Below, piece after piece: positions 30,828 to 38,603 of a stretch of DNA of 64,000 bases (position 1 is the stretch's first letter; every line of letters begins with the position of its first letter). This DNA is from Parcubacteria group bacterium GW2011_GWA2_43_13 (GTDB lineage Bacteria > Patescibacteriota > Patescibacteriia > UBA9629 > GWA2-43-13). The stretch lies in the NCBI GenBank assembly GCA_000999025.1, contig LCFM01000002.1, positions 436 to 64,435 on the forward strand. Direction: 5' to 3'. The notes beneath the pieces were generated by a model. It was not told where the DNA came from, did no database searches, and saw nothing but the letters and a program-made list of their open reading frames with translations. A program made the position numbers and the translations under genes.

Positions 30828-30900
30828 CGGGGTGTGGCGCAGCTGGTAGCGCGCATGCATGGGGTGCATGAGGCCGCCCGTTCAAGTCGGGTCACCCCGA
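30828..30900 (+). tRNA. tRNA-Pro (anticodon GGG)
   Basis: Acceptor cggggtg/caccccg, D-stem gcgc/gcgc, anticodon stem catgc/gcatg with loop atggggt (U33, GGG, G37), T-arm gcccg-ttcaagt-cgggt, discriminator A. No encoded CCA. Confidence 0.85.
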
Positions 30901-30962
30901 TACTGCATCTTAACAACACACATACAAAACGCATACAGTGTGATACACTCTAATTATTCATT

Positions 30963-32039
30963 TTGTCATTTTTAAATGAACGACTTATCGTTCACATATC
31001 TATGGACACACCATCTCTTACTCATCATAAACAAGTCATCCCGGTGGGAACGCTTTTTAAAGTAGCGTACCGGCGCATGAAAAACCGCGCAAAAACTCTT
31101 TTTGCTATTGCCGGAATATATGCGCTTGCTCTTATTCTCTTTGGAATTTTTACCGATGTTATACCTAAAACAAATTCTGCCTTATACCCCCTTGTAATAG
31201 TCATTATCTATATTATATACCTCGTAATCGGATGGTGGGCAGGACCAGCCATTGTTGATGGCGCTATTCGAGAAGATAACGCGCCGTTTTCTTCAGTCGC
31301 GCGCAATGGATTGCGGTATGCTTTCCCATTTATAGGAATCGCTCTGGTAGGTAGTTGGATGATATTAGGTGGATTTATTGCATTTGGTATCCCGGGTATC
31401 GCCATTATGACCCAACTGATATTTGCTTCAGCAATCTATGTTCACAAAAAAACTAAAATAATGGAATCATTGCGGCTTTCCCGTTTATTGGTAAAAGGAA
31501 GATGGTGGGCAGTGTTTGGACGAACGGCATTAATAGGGCTTGTTATTTACGGATTTCTGTTAGTATTACTTCTTATTGCGTGGTTGTTAGGCACTCTTAT
31601 TGGGGAGAATACAGGCACGAAGATAATGAGTGCGATTATCATGGGTATCTTTTTACTTGTGTATCTCCCTTATGTAATGTGCTATATTGCGGAACTCTAT
31701 CACGACCTTGATAAAACAAAACAACAGCCGGACGAAAAACAGATACAAAAAAATAAAACCTTTCTCAAGGTATTTATGATCCTCGGCATTGTAGGACTTC
31801 CTTTGATTATTGGTATTGTTACTACAATTGCCATATACTCTGTTAATAATTTTCGCAAAGCAAGTACCAATGATATCCCTGCGTCATGGCAGATTGATGA
31901 TTCAGATACTACGATAATTCCAGATGACGCCTCTCTGGAAAATGCGGACATTCCTTTAAATGGTACCACGCAGTTAGATGAAGCGGATATTGAAGCATTA
32001 TTACAGCAGTATCAAGAACAAAGCGCACCTGTTGATTAA
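30963..32039 (+). CDS. polytopic membrane protein of unknown function, with an acidic C-terminal tail
   Basis: About 7 predicted TM helices. Start is possibly MDTPSL at about 31003. Confidence 0.55.
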   Translation: MSFLNERLIVHISMDTPSLTHHKQVIPVGTLFKVAYRRMKNRAKTLFAIAGIYALALILFGIFTDVIPKTNSALYPLVIVIIYIIYLVIGWWAGPAIVDGAIREDNAPFSSVARNGLRYAFPFIGIALVGSWMILGGFIAFGIPGIAIMTQLIFASAIYVHKKTKIMESLRLSRLLVKGRWWAVFGRTALIGLVIYGFLLVLLLIAWLLGTLIGENTGTKIMSAIIMGIFLLVYLPYVMCYIAELYHDLDKTKQQPDEKQIQKNKTFLKVFMILGIVGLPLIIGIVTTIAIYSVNNFRKASTNDIPASWQIDDSDTTIIPDDASLENADIPLNGTTQLDEADIEALLQQYQEQSAPVD

Positions 32040-32063
32040 AAATCTTGCATAATCATCCCTCCT

Positions 32064-32147
32064 GTAGAGACGGGGTTAACCTCGTCTCTATTTTGTTAAC
32101 CTCCCCCTACCCTCTCCTCCACGATGAAGGGGTAGGGGGAGGTTAAC
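32064..32147. repeat. family-A element (32064..32090) followed by a long family-B-like palindrome (32095..32147)
   Basis: gtagagacggggttaacctcgtctcta, then gttaacctccccctaccc...gggtagggggaggttaac. Confidence 0.6.
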
Positions 32148-32153
32148 ATTAAA

Positions 32154-32183
32154 TTGACATTAAAAAACAAATATGTGTATTAT
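32154..32183 (+). promoter_or_regulatory. sigma70-like promoter (TTGACA-18-TATTAT)
   Basis: Reads into the GC-rich region 32190..32944. Confidence 0.45.
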
Positions 32184-32266
32184 TATCATAGTTTCGTTCT
32201 TCGACTACGACCTCACTTCTCTGATCAGCACAGTGCTGTCGGAGAATTTTTTTCTGGAGACATCGC

Positions 32267-32944
32267 GTGGGACTACGACATCTGCGAGGAGTGCCTATTG
32301 AATCGACTCGCACAACAGAGTGCGAACGACAAAAGGCAGTACTGAAGCAACTCATGCACGCTCAATGCGAGCATGTTCAAAGTATTGCCGCAGTACTCCT
32401 TACGCAAATCACCTTCTTTCAGCCGCTCAATCCTTTAACTACGGTGGACATGGCTCAACTCTTCCCGGCAGATACCATCGCTTTCCTTGGGTCAGACGAT
32501 GCTGATACCAGGGAAACCCTTTTCAAGGGCAATCCCGAGGTATCTGCGTGGTGCGTTGTCGCTAATGCGCTTTTCCCTGCTTCATGAAAGGTTCGACGCA
32601 TGGGGATTTCAACCATAGCCCAACCGTCAATTCCACACATTTCTCCTCTCTCCATGAACACCCAAGGCCTGGCCGCATTCTTACTAATCACCCTTCGCAA
32701 CGATCTTCCGTACTGGCAACAACGCGTCCCGATATGCAAGCGTGAAATCGCTTGGGCATTGAAGGCATATCTCGAAGGAGATGCGCCAAGGCCCGATCGC
32801 ACAACAGTCAAAGCGGCGATTATTGCCACGTACCAAAGAGGTAATAGGGGGAGTTTTAATCACCCCTCACATCTCATGGAATTCGAATGCGTATTTAATG
32901 ATGCATGGCATCAAATTACGTCATTTGTAAGCGTCAGTGCATAA
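32267..32944 (+). other. GC-rich segment with one reading frame (GTG 32267 to 32944) interrupted by a single in-frame TGA at 32588; hypothetical gene(s) or pseudogene
   Basis: ORFs 32267..32587 and 32600..32944 are in the same frame. A + strand terminator follows at 32962..32998. Composition is atypical versus neighbours. Confidence 0.3.
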
Positions 32945-32961
32945 CGCGTCCATCACATAGC

Positions 32962-32998
32962 CACGGCTACACATCCTCTGTAGCCGTTTCTTTTTTTA
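32962..32998 (+). terminator. intrinsic terminator
   Basis: ggctaca-catcctc-tgtagcc, then a T-tract. Confidence 0.6.
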
Positions 32999-33026
32999 TT
33001 GATTTTCTTGCCCATCTTGGTATGAT
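32999..33026 (+). promoter_or_regulatory. lysS promoter (TTGATT-16-TATGAT)
   Basis: Upstream of the lysS ATG at 33088. Confidence 0.5.
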
Positions 33027-33087
33027 GAAAATACCTTAATTGTTTCGTATTATTCTTCGAGAGCTTCGAATTTCGTATTTTAAAACT

Positions 33088-34545
33088 ATGGCCCTCCATG
33101 ACGAAATCACAACCCGAAAAAACCAGCTCGCAAAAATCCGCGAATGTGGTATCCATCCGTATCCTGAAAAATATCCCAAAGATAAAGCAATGGCTGATAT
33201 TCTTTCGTTAAAAGAAGGCGAGCAAATCTCAACCGCGGGTCGCATTACTTCAATCCGCACAATGGGCAAAATCACGTTTTGCCATATTTCAGATATAAGC
33301 GGAAAAATTCAAATCGTTATTCAAGAAGATACAATCGGAAAAGATGTGTACAAGCAATTTCATGATATCTATTCAATTGGCGATTTTATCGGTGCGAGTG
33401 GAGAACTCTTTACAACAAAAAGTGGCGAACTTTCAATCAAAGCAACTTCCACGACATTTTTAGGCAAAGCGCTGTTACCGTTGCCGGAAAAATGGGCAGG
33501 GCTCAAAGACACAGAAACCAAATACCGCCAACGCTATCTTGACCTGATTGCAAATCCGGAAAGTAAAAAACTCTTTTTATTCCGCAGTAATGTCATTAAG
33601 GCGGTGCGGGAATTTTACTGGCGCAATGGGTTTCAAGAAGTGGAAACACCAACATTATTGCATGTCGCAACCGGCGCTGTGGCAAACCCATACAAAACGC
33701 ATCATACTGCCCTTAATCAGGATTTATTTTTGCGCATCTCACACGAGTTGCCGTTAAAAGAACTCATTGTCGGAGGATTTGAAAAAATTTTTGAAATAGG
33801 AAAAGCATTCCGCAACGAAGGTATTGATCCATCTCATCTTCCTGAACACACACATCTTGAACATTACTCCGCGTACTGGAATTTTGAAGACAATATCGCG
33901 TTTACGGAAAAAATGTTTTCGTATTTGTTTGAAACATTAGGGATCGCTCAAACGCTTGTCATGGATAGCGGAGTTGAAGTTCAGCTCAAACAGCCATGGC
34001 CGAGATATAACTTTGTGGAATTGATCAAAGAAAAAACAGGCATTGATGTTTTAGCGTATGAAGCGGCAGATACCTTGCGATCGGACATTAAGAAAAAAAA
34101 TATTTCCTTTGATGGAATTGATCAGATGTCGCTTGCAGGATTGATGGATAATCTGTATAAAAAAATTGTGCGCCCGACACTTATCAATCCAACATTTTTG
34201 ACAACTTATCCTGAAATCTTACAGCCACTCGCGCGCAGAAACGATGAAAATCAAAATGTAGTAGATCAATTCCAGCTTGTTATCAATGGCTGGGAAGTGG
34301 TAAAGGCGTACAGCGAATTGGTTGACCCAATAGATCAACAGCAACGGTTTGCGCAACAATCAGAACATAAAGAGCAGGGTGAAATTGAAGTCATGGAGGG
34401 TGATGATGAATATATCACCTCTATGAAACACGGCATGCCGCCGATTTCCGGACTTGGCATGGGGCTGGATCGCCTTGTCGCGCTGTTATCCGGCAATTCC
34501 AACCTCCGTGACGTTGTGCTGTTCCCATTATTGAGGAAAAAGTAA
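33088..34545 (+). CDS. lysS: lysyl-tRNA synthetase (class II)
   Basis: Start at MALHDEITTRK. Has an OB anticodon-binding domain and class II motifs (FRNEG, GLGMGLDRL). Confidence 0.95.
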   Translation: MALHDEITTRKNQLAKIRECGIHPYPEKYPKDKAMADILSLKEGEQISTAGRITSIRTMGKITFCHISDISGKIQIVIQEDTIGKDVYKQFHDIYSIGDFIGASGELFTTKSGELSIKATSTTFLGKALLPLPEKWAGLKDTETKYRQRYLDLIANPESKKLFLFRSNVIKAVREFYWRNGFQEVETPTLLHVATGAVANPYKTHHTALNQDLFLRISHELPLKELIVGGFEKIFEIGKAFRNEGIDPSHLPEHTHLEHYSAYWNFEDNIAFTEKMFSYLFETLGIAQTLVMDSGVEVQLKQPWPRYNFVELIKEKTGIDVLAYEAADTLRSDIKKKNISFDGIDQMSLAGLMDNLYKKIVRPTLINPTFLTTYPEILQPLARRNDENQNVVDQFQLVINGWEVVKAYSELVDPIDQQQRFAQQSEHKEQGEIEVMEGDDEYITSMKHGMPPISGLGMGLDRLVALLSGNSNLRDVVLFPLLRKK

Positions 34546-34591
34546 AAAAACAGGAGCGAAACGTTCTTCGCTCCTTGTTCTACTCAAACAC

Positions 34592-35179
34592 CTATTGCGC
34601 ACATCCCCTCATGTTGAGGAAATTTCGCAAAAGAAGTTTGCCATGTTCAGTCAGTATTGCCTCAGGATGAAACTGAACTCCGTACACCGGCAATGTGCGA
34701 TGCGCGACCCCCATGATCTCGCCATCGTCTGTTGACTCGGCGGTGACGCGCAGAGAACCGACAGGAAATTCCGCCCTATCAATCACCAAAGAGTGATACC
34801 GACATGCGGTAAACTTGTTTGGGATGCCCGCAAACACGCCGGTCCCATCATGCTTGATGATAGATGTCTTGCCATGCATGAGGCGCGTGGCACGAACGAT
34901 CGTACCCCCAAACACAACGCCAATCGCCTGATGACCAAGGCACACCCCCAGTACCGGAGTACCTTGATCCCCAAATGCGCGAATGGCATCAATAGAAACA
35001 CCGGCCTCTTTGGGAGTGCATGGTCCCGGAGACACGACGACATGAGATGGCCCCATGAGCAAAAGCTCACCTACCCCCAAGAGGTTATTGCGGACAACCG
35101 TAACATCACCACCCATCTCCCCAAGATACTGAACGAGGTTATAGGTGAATGAATCAAAATTGTCGATTATCAGGATCAC
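34592..35179 (-). CDS. trpG: glutamine amidotransferase component II of anthranilate/aminodeoxychorismate synthase
   Basis: Starts MILIIDNFDSFTYNLVQY. Catalytic Cys is in GVCLGHQ, with the His/Glu triad. Confidence 0.85.
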   Translation of the reverse strand: MILIIDNFDSFTYNLVQYLGEMGGDVTVVRNNLLGVGELLLMGPSHVVVSPGPCTPKEAGVSIDAIRAFGDQGTPVLGVCLGHQAIGVVFGGTIVRATRLMHGKTSIIKHDGTGVFAGIPNKFTACRYHSLVIDRAEFPVGSLRVTAESTDDGEIMGVAHRTLPVYGVQFHPEAILTEHGKLLLRNFLNMRGCAQ

Positions 35180-35184
35180 GGTTG

Positions 35185-36669
35185 CTATCCCTCCAATCCG
35201 TTATGCGCATAAGCAAGCGCGCGGAACATCCCGCCTGCTTTCCGCAAACACTCATCATGCTCACGAGCAGGGTCAGAATCCGCAACAATCCCAGCGCCTA
35301 CTTGCCAGGATATGGAGTCCTTCGTCACCACTGCCATGCGAATCGCAATAGCGACATCAAAATGCCCGTTAGGATTTACCCAACCAACAACACCGCCGTA
35401 AGGGCCGCGACGCGTTACCTCCAATTCATCAATGATCTCCATCGCGCGCACTTTCGGAGCTCCAGAGAGCGTGCCTATGGGGAAAGTGGCACGAAATGCG
35501 TCAAACTGAGAACACGTTGATCTCATCGTGCCTTCAACCGTCGAGGAAAGATGCATCACAGTCGAGTATCGTTCAACTTCCATGAAACGCGTTACTCGAA
35601 CAGTACCCGAGACGCATACCCTGCCAAGATCGTTTCTGCTAAGATCCACAAGCATGACGTGCTCTGCTTGTTCTTTTAGATCTTGTCGAAGTTCTTGAGC
35701 AAGGTATTCATCTTCTTCTGGAGTTAATCCGCGACGCCGTGTTCCCGCAAGCGGTCGCGTGATGATATCTGCCCCTGCCACGCGGATAAGCATTTCAGGA
35801 GAAGATCCGACCAGAGCACATTCTCCGCAATTCAAGAAAAAGAGGTACGGAGAAGGATTCACGCTTCGCAACGCCCGATAGAGCTGAAACGCCGACATAG
35901 TTCGCGGGACTGACAAGCGCTGTGAAAGCACTACCTGAATCACATCGCCTGCGCTAATGTAGTCCTTTGCCCGACGCACAGAATGCTCAAACTCCGATTG
36001 AGAGACCGTTGACACAGCAGACGGAAGCATCCCATGCCCGGCGCGAACTTCACAGGTTCTCTCCTCTTGAAGAAACGAGCATGTTGTATTGATACACTCA
36101 ACCGCACTGGCATACGAACCATCAACGCCTTCTCTTAAAGGGTCAGCGAATGCGACAACCGACATGGTATGTCGCACATGGTCAAACACCACGACTGTTT
36201 TCATTGTCATGAAAAAACAGTCGGCCAACCCGAGATCATCAACCGGTGCGTTTGGCAGATGTTCGATGTATCGAACCATGTCATACCCAAAGTACCCCAC
36301 ACTCGCTCCAATAAAACGAGGCAGTGAAGGAATTGACGCGCATCGGGATGCGTTGATGAACAATTCACATTCGCGGATTGGATCCACCGCCGAGAAGGTT
36401 TGAACCAACCCAGAAGTGTTGTCATGAATCGTAACGCGATTGTCCTTTGAGGAGAACGTCCGGATGGGATCCACTCCAATGCATGAATAGCGGCCCAGCC
36501 GTTCGCCACCTTCGACTGATTCAAGAAGAAACCCGCGACGCACATCGCCACCAAGGCGGAAAAACGCCGAAACCGGAGTAATGGTATCTGCTAATATTTC
36601 ATGCACAACTGGGATTCTCACCCCGGTATGTGCCTGTGCGACTGCTCGAAAATCAGCTAACGTTTGCAC
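35185..36669 (-). CDS. trpE: anthranilate synthase component I (or PabB)
   Basis: Chorismate-binding domain (GAPKVRAMEIIDELE, RGPYGGVVGW). Start chosen at the GTG with an AAGGAG SD. The upstream T-box-like leader with a UGG-containing loop favours TrpE. GC is elevated versus flanks. Confidence 0.8.
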   Translation of the reverse strand: MQTLADFRAVAQAHTGVRIPVVHEILADTITPVSAFFRLGGDVRRGFLLESVEGGERLGRYSCIGVDPIRTFSSKDNRVTIHDNTSGLVQTFSAVDPIRECELFINASRCASIPSLPRFIGASVGYFGYDMVRYIEHLPNAPVDDLGLADCFFMTMKTVVVFDHVRHTMSVVAFADPLREGVDGSYASAVECINTTCSFLQEERTCEVRAGHGMLPSAVSTVSQSEFEHSVRRAKDYISAGDVIQVVLSQRLSVPRTMSAFQLYRALRSVNPSPYLFFLNCGECALVGSSPEMLIRVAGADIITRPLAGTRRRGLTPEEDEYLAQELRQDLKEQAEHVMLVDLSRNDLGRVCVSGTVRVTRFMEVERYSTVMHLSSTVEGTMRSTCSQFDAFRATFPIGTLSGAPKVRAMEIIDELEVTRRGPYGGVVGWVNPNGHFDVAIAIRMAVVTKDSISWQVGAGIVADSDPAREHDECLRKAGGMFRALAYAHNGLEG

Positions 36670-37085
36670 TTTCTTGCTCCTTTGCAAGATGCGCGAGTTG
36701 AGTTGTGAGAAAGAACGACGCACGAGGAGAAACAAAAAACCCCTCATCCTTATGCGTATCAAAAAATACGCAACAAGGACGAAGGGTCTTCTTTATTTTT
36801 TAACAAAAAAGAGACACTCCGCGGTGCCACCTTGGTTCCTATCAATATATATCATTGACATTGATAGGCACTTTTCGTGTACTCCTTTGCGGGATATACA
36901 ATATCCTATGGTAACGGAGGAAACCGGATTATGCTACAATCATAGCTGATTTTCGCATAACCATCTGGCCTGGTCCATCGATACCGCATAAGTGAGAAGT
37001 CCTTTCAGCCCATGAGACCTCCTCTCTTGCACTCTTGCTATGGCATCTATTCCAAGCTCTTAACGATGTTGACATTGTTAATGAA
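36670..37085 (-). ncRNA. candidate T-box riboswitch-like leader (tRNA-Trp type?) upstream of trpE
   Basis: On the minus strand: AACCAAGGTGGCACCGCGG (13/13 match to the T-box core GGUGGNACCGCGG), an F-box-like CCGUUA, a stem-III-like hairpin cctatcaat...attgatagg, an AGUA motif, and UGG in a predicted loop. The terminator/antiterminator geometry is non-canonical: a T-tract follows 8 nt after the T-box, and a larger hairpin plus T-tract lies at about 36720-36790. Confidence 0.45.
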
Positions 37086-37092
37086 CACTATA

Positions 37093-37121
37093 AGTATATA
37101 GTATCATTTCATTTTTGTCAA
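37093..37121 (-). promoter_or_regulatory. strong sigma70-like promoter TTGACA-17-TATACT driving the trpE leader
   Basis: Consensus -35, a 17-nt spacer, and a near-consensus -10. Confidence 0.6.
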
Positions 37122-37131
37122 ATGCAATCAA

Positions 37132-37175
37132 AAAAAGCAACACCCTCTCGGGGCGGTTGCGCCCGAAAGAGGGTG
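37132..37175 (-). terminator. intrinsic terminator (minus strand) ending an upstream small transcript
   Basis: caccctctttcgggcgcaaccgccccgagagggtg, then ttgcttttttt. Confidence 0.6.
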
Positions 37176-37375
37176 TGCTTAGTGACCATGGTGTACCATA
37201 TACCCTTGGTGCCTTACTCAAGAAGCGTAATGTGCCCCCCAATGATAATCGGTCTCTTGCGAGACGCGTGGATCCGCACTCACACTCCGCAGAGTATAAG
37301 TATAAAGATCGTTGTTAGGAGACGTTATAGAACACTTTTTACACTCCCCTTGTAAAGCACTTTTATTATAGCAAA
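37176..37375 (-). ncRNA. candidate ~230-nt small RNA between an extended -10 promoter (TGcTATAAT at about 37365) and the terminator at 37132..37175
   Basis: No ORF above 10 codons with an SD. Contains a GNRA-type hairpin gtctc-gcaa-gagac. Confidence 0.3.
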
Positions 37376-37497
37376 ATAGAGATTAAAAGAAAATGAATAA
37401 CCTTGCCATTGTGTGCAAAATAAAAACAGGGTTATTAAAAAAACAGAGGTTATGCGTATAACTTCCGTTCAAAGTCATTTGCATAACCCTTCTGTCT

Positions 37498-37713
37498 TCA
37501 ATTGAAGACAATCTCCGTCCCTTCGGGGTAACGCTCTACCCAATCTTTCCCTAAATGCGTCCGAACAAATTCTTCAAAGGTAACGATATCGTCACCGACG
37601 TCATTATCACCGACGTCATCGTCACCGATGTCATCGTCCTCAACGACCAAAGATGATGCTGGAGGATCGGGGAAAACAAGCGTCCTCCCTCTAACACACA
37701 CACGTACAGGCAT
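37498..37713 (-). CDS. small highly acidic protein (71 aa) with internal 15-bp tandem repeats
   Basis: Good SD (AGGAGAGGGAG 7 nt before the ATG). Encodes DDDIGDDDVGDNDVGDD from about 3.5 copies of gtcaccgacgtcatc. Has its own terminator at about 37440-37495. Confidence 0.5.
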   Translation of the reverse strand: MPVRVCVRGRTLVFPDPPASSLVVEDDDIGDDDVGDNDVGDDIVTFEEFVRTHLGKDWVERYPEGTEIVFN

Positions 37714-37887
37714 ACTCCCTCTCCTAAAAGAACGATGTTCTCCATCAAAAAATCCCGCTGTTCGCGCGGGGTCCTTGATGTGAACTGAATGATTCCGTGG
37801 CTATGCTCACCATCAAAGATCCCGCGTCATGCGAGATTTTGCATTGGTGTTAAATTGGTAAAAAAAACCAATATTCATAGCCATTGT

Positions 37888-37936
37888 GTATTTTTAATCA
37901 TATTCTCATTTTTGTCAACCATTTTTGTGTGGATAA
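37888..37936 (-). promoter_or_regulatory. minus-strand promoter (TTGACA-17-TAAAAAT) abutted upstream by a consensus DnaA box TTATCCACA
   Basis: Plus strand reads ttgtcaac-N8-tgtggataa, identical in architecture to 38486..38529. Drives ORF 37498..37713 through a leader with a terminator-like hairpin. Confidence 0.45.
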
Positions 37937-37951
37937 ACAACCTCACTCTAA

Positions 37952-37985
37952 CCCCCTCCTTTATCAAGGAGGGGGTAGGGGGCGG
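37952..37985. repeat. family-B palindrome
   Basis: ccccctcctttatcaaggaggggg. Confidence 0.55.
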
Positions 37986-38094
37986 TAAAAAAACAGGGTA
38001 AGAACGTTGTCTCACCCTTGCGCATGGAGGATCACTCAATACGGTTTGCCCTTATAAAAGAGGGATTACCTCTCCCAAGAGCGTTGGTTAAAAG

Positions 38095-38298
38095 TTACCG
38101 ATCCGACGCATTGTCTTCGACAACGATGTTGATCGTTGCTTCGGTTCCCCGAAGAACTAACCCAAAATCATTGCCGAAACAATGCCCGACATTCCGTGTC
38201 GGGCAACTGCCGTTGCAGTGCCAACACGGAATTGATCGCTCGCCAACGCCCAACATACGGGCGAGGGCGAGAATATCGTCGCGACGCCGATCTTCCAT
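38095..38298 (-). CDS. small Cys/His-rich protein (67 aa; CWHCNGSC...HC), putative metal-binding
   Basis: GC-rich. Start MEDRRRDD with an AAGGGGG SD. Lies between the promoter at 38486..38529 and the terminator at about 37990-38020. The leader carries an attenuator-like terminator (38340-38370). Confidence 0.35.
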   Translation of the reverse strand: MEDRRRDDILALARMLGVGERSIPCWHCNGSCPTRNVGHCFGNDFGLVLRGTEATINIVVEDNASDR

Positions 38299-38485
38299 TG
38301 CCACTACCCCCTTTGTTAGAAAGATTGCTTTCCCTAACAAAAACCTCGCCCGAGTAAGGCGAGGGTCAAGGTCCATGGGATTGGTTTTTTAGTATTACAC
38401 AGCACCTTTAAAACTCGCCTTATCTCTAAGGATGAGATTAATGACGACGAGTTTAATGCAATGCATGTGCATACTGAATATAAGA

Positions 38486-38529
38486 TTAAAGTACCATTAA
38501 AATTTTGTCAACGACTTATCTGTGGATAA
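38486..38529 (-). promoter_or_regulatory. minus-strand promoter (TTGACA-17/18-TAATCT) abutted by a consensus DnaA box TTATCCACA
   Basis: Plus strand reads ttgtcaac-gacttatc-tgtggataa. Confidence 0.4.
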
Positions 38530-38603
38530 CAAAAACAAAAGCGGGGATTATTCCCCGCCATTCGTGAGTTACTTGTCTTATATTCGTGTACCATCCGTGT
38601 CGA

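Noticed and set aside
32154-32345. 63-aa plus-strand ORF at the start of the GC-rich islet.
   Set aside because: It begins inside the predicted -35 element at 32154 and overlaps the longer alternative frame, so it is probably not translated.
32588-32590. In-frame TGA as possible UGA recoding (Gly or Sec).
   Set aside because: An intact, autoregulated RF2 gene (prfB with frameshift) argues that UGA is a stop codon. No SECIS-like hairpin is present.
36770-37500. Searched the non-coding island for RNase P RNA, tmRNA and SRP RNA hallmark motifs.
   Set aside because: No GGAAAGUCCGG-type P4, no tmRNA tRNA-like ends plus tag reading frame, and no SRP domain IV GGAAGCAGCCAAGG match were found. Only the T-box-like leader was recognisable.
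37591-37640. Short tandem repeat (gtcaccgacgtcatc x about 3.5) that could be mistaken for a CRISPR array or VNTR.
   Set aside because: Only about 3.5 copies of a 15-bp unit, with no repeat-spacer periodicity. It is in-frame inside a small acidic ORF with a good SD, so it is a coding DDxGD repeat. No cas genes are nearby.
38018-38392. 124-aa plus-strand ORF in the GC-rich core of the island.
   Set aside because: Arg/Ser/Pro-rich, with no SD. It is antisense to a transcription unit with a clear minus-strand promoter and terminator. The minus-strand 67-aa ORF is preferred, though it is still low confidence.
36770-38600. Possible oriC, given a non-coding AT-rich island with consensus DnaA boxes.
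   Set aside because: Only two consensus boxes lie 600 bp apart, and each is fused to a -35 element. No box cluster adjoins an AT-rich DUE, and no dnaA/dnaN lies next door. The promoter-regulatory interpretation is favoured, and the true origin is probably elsewhere.
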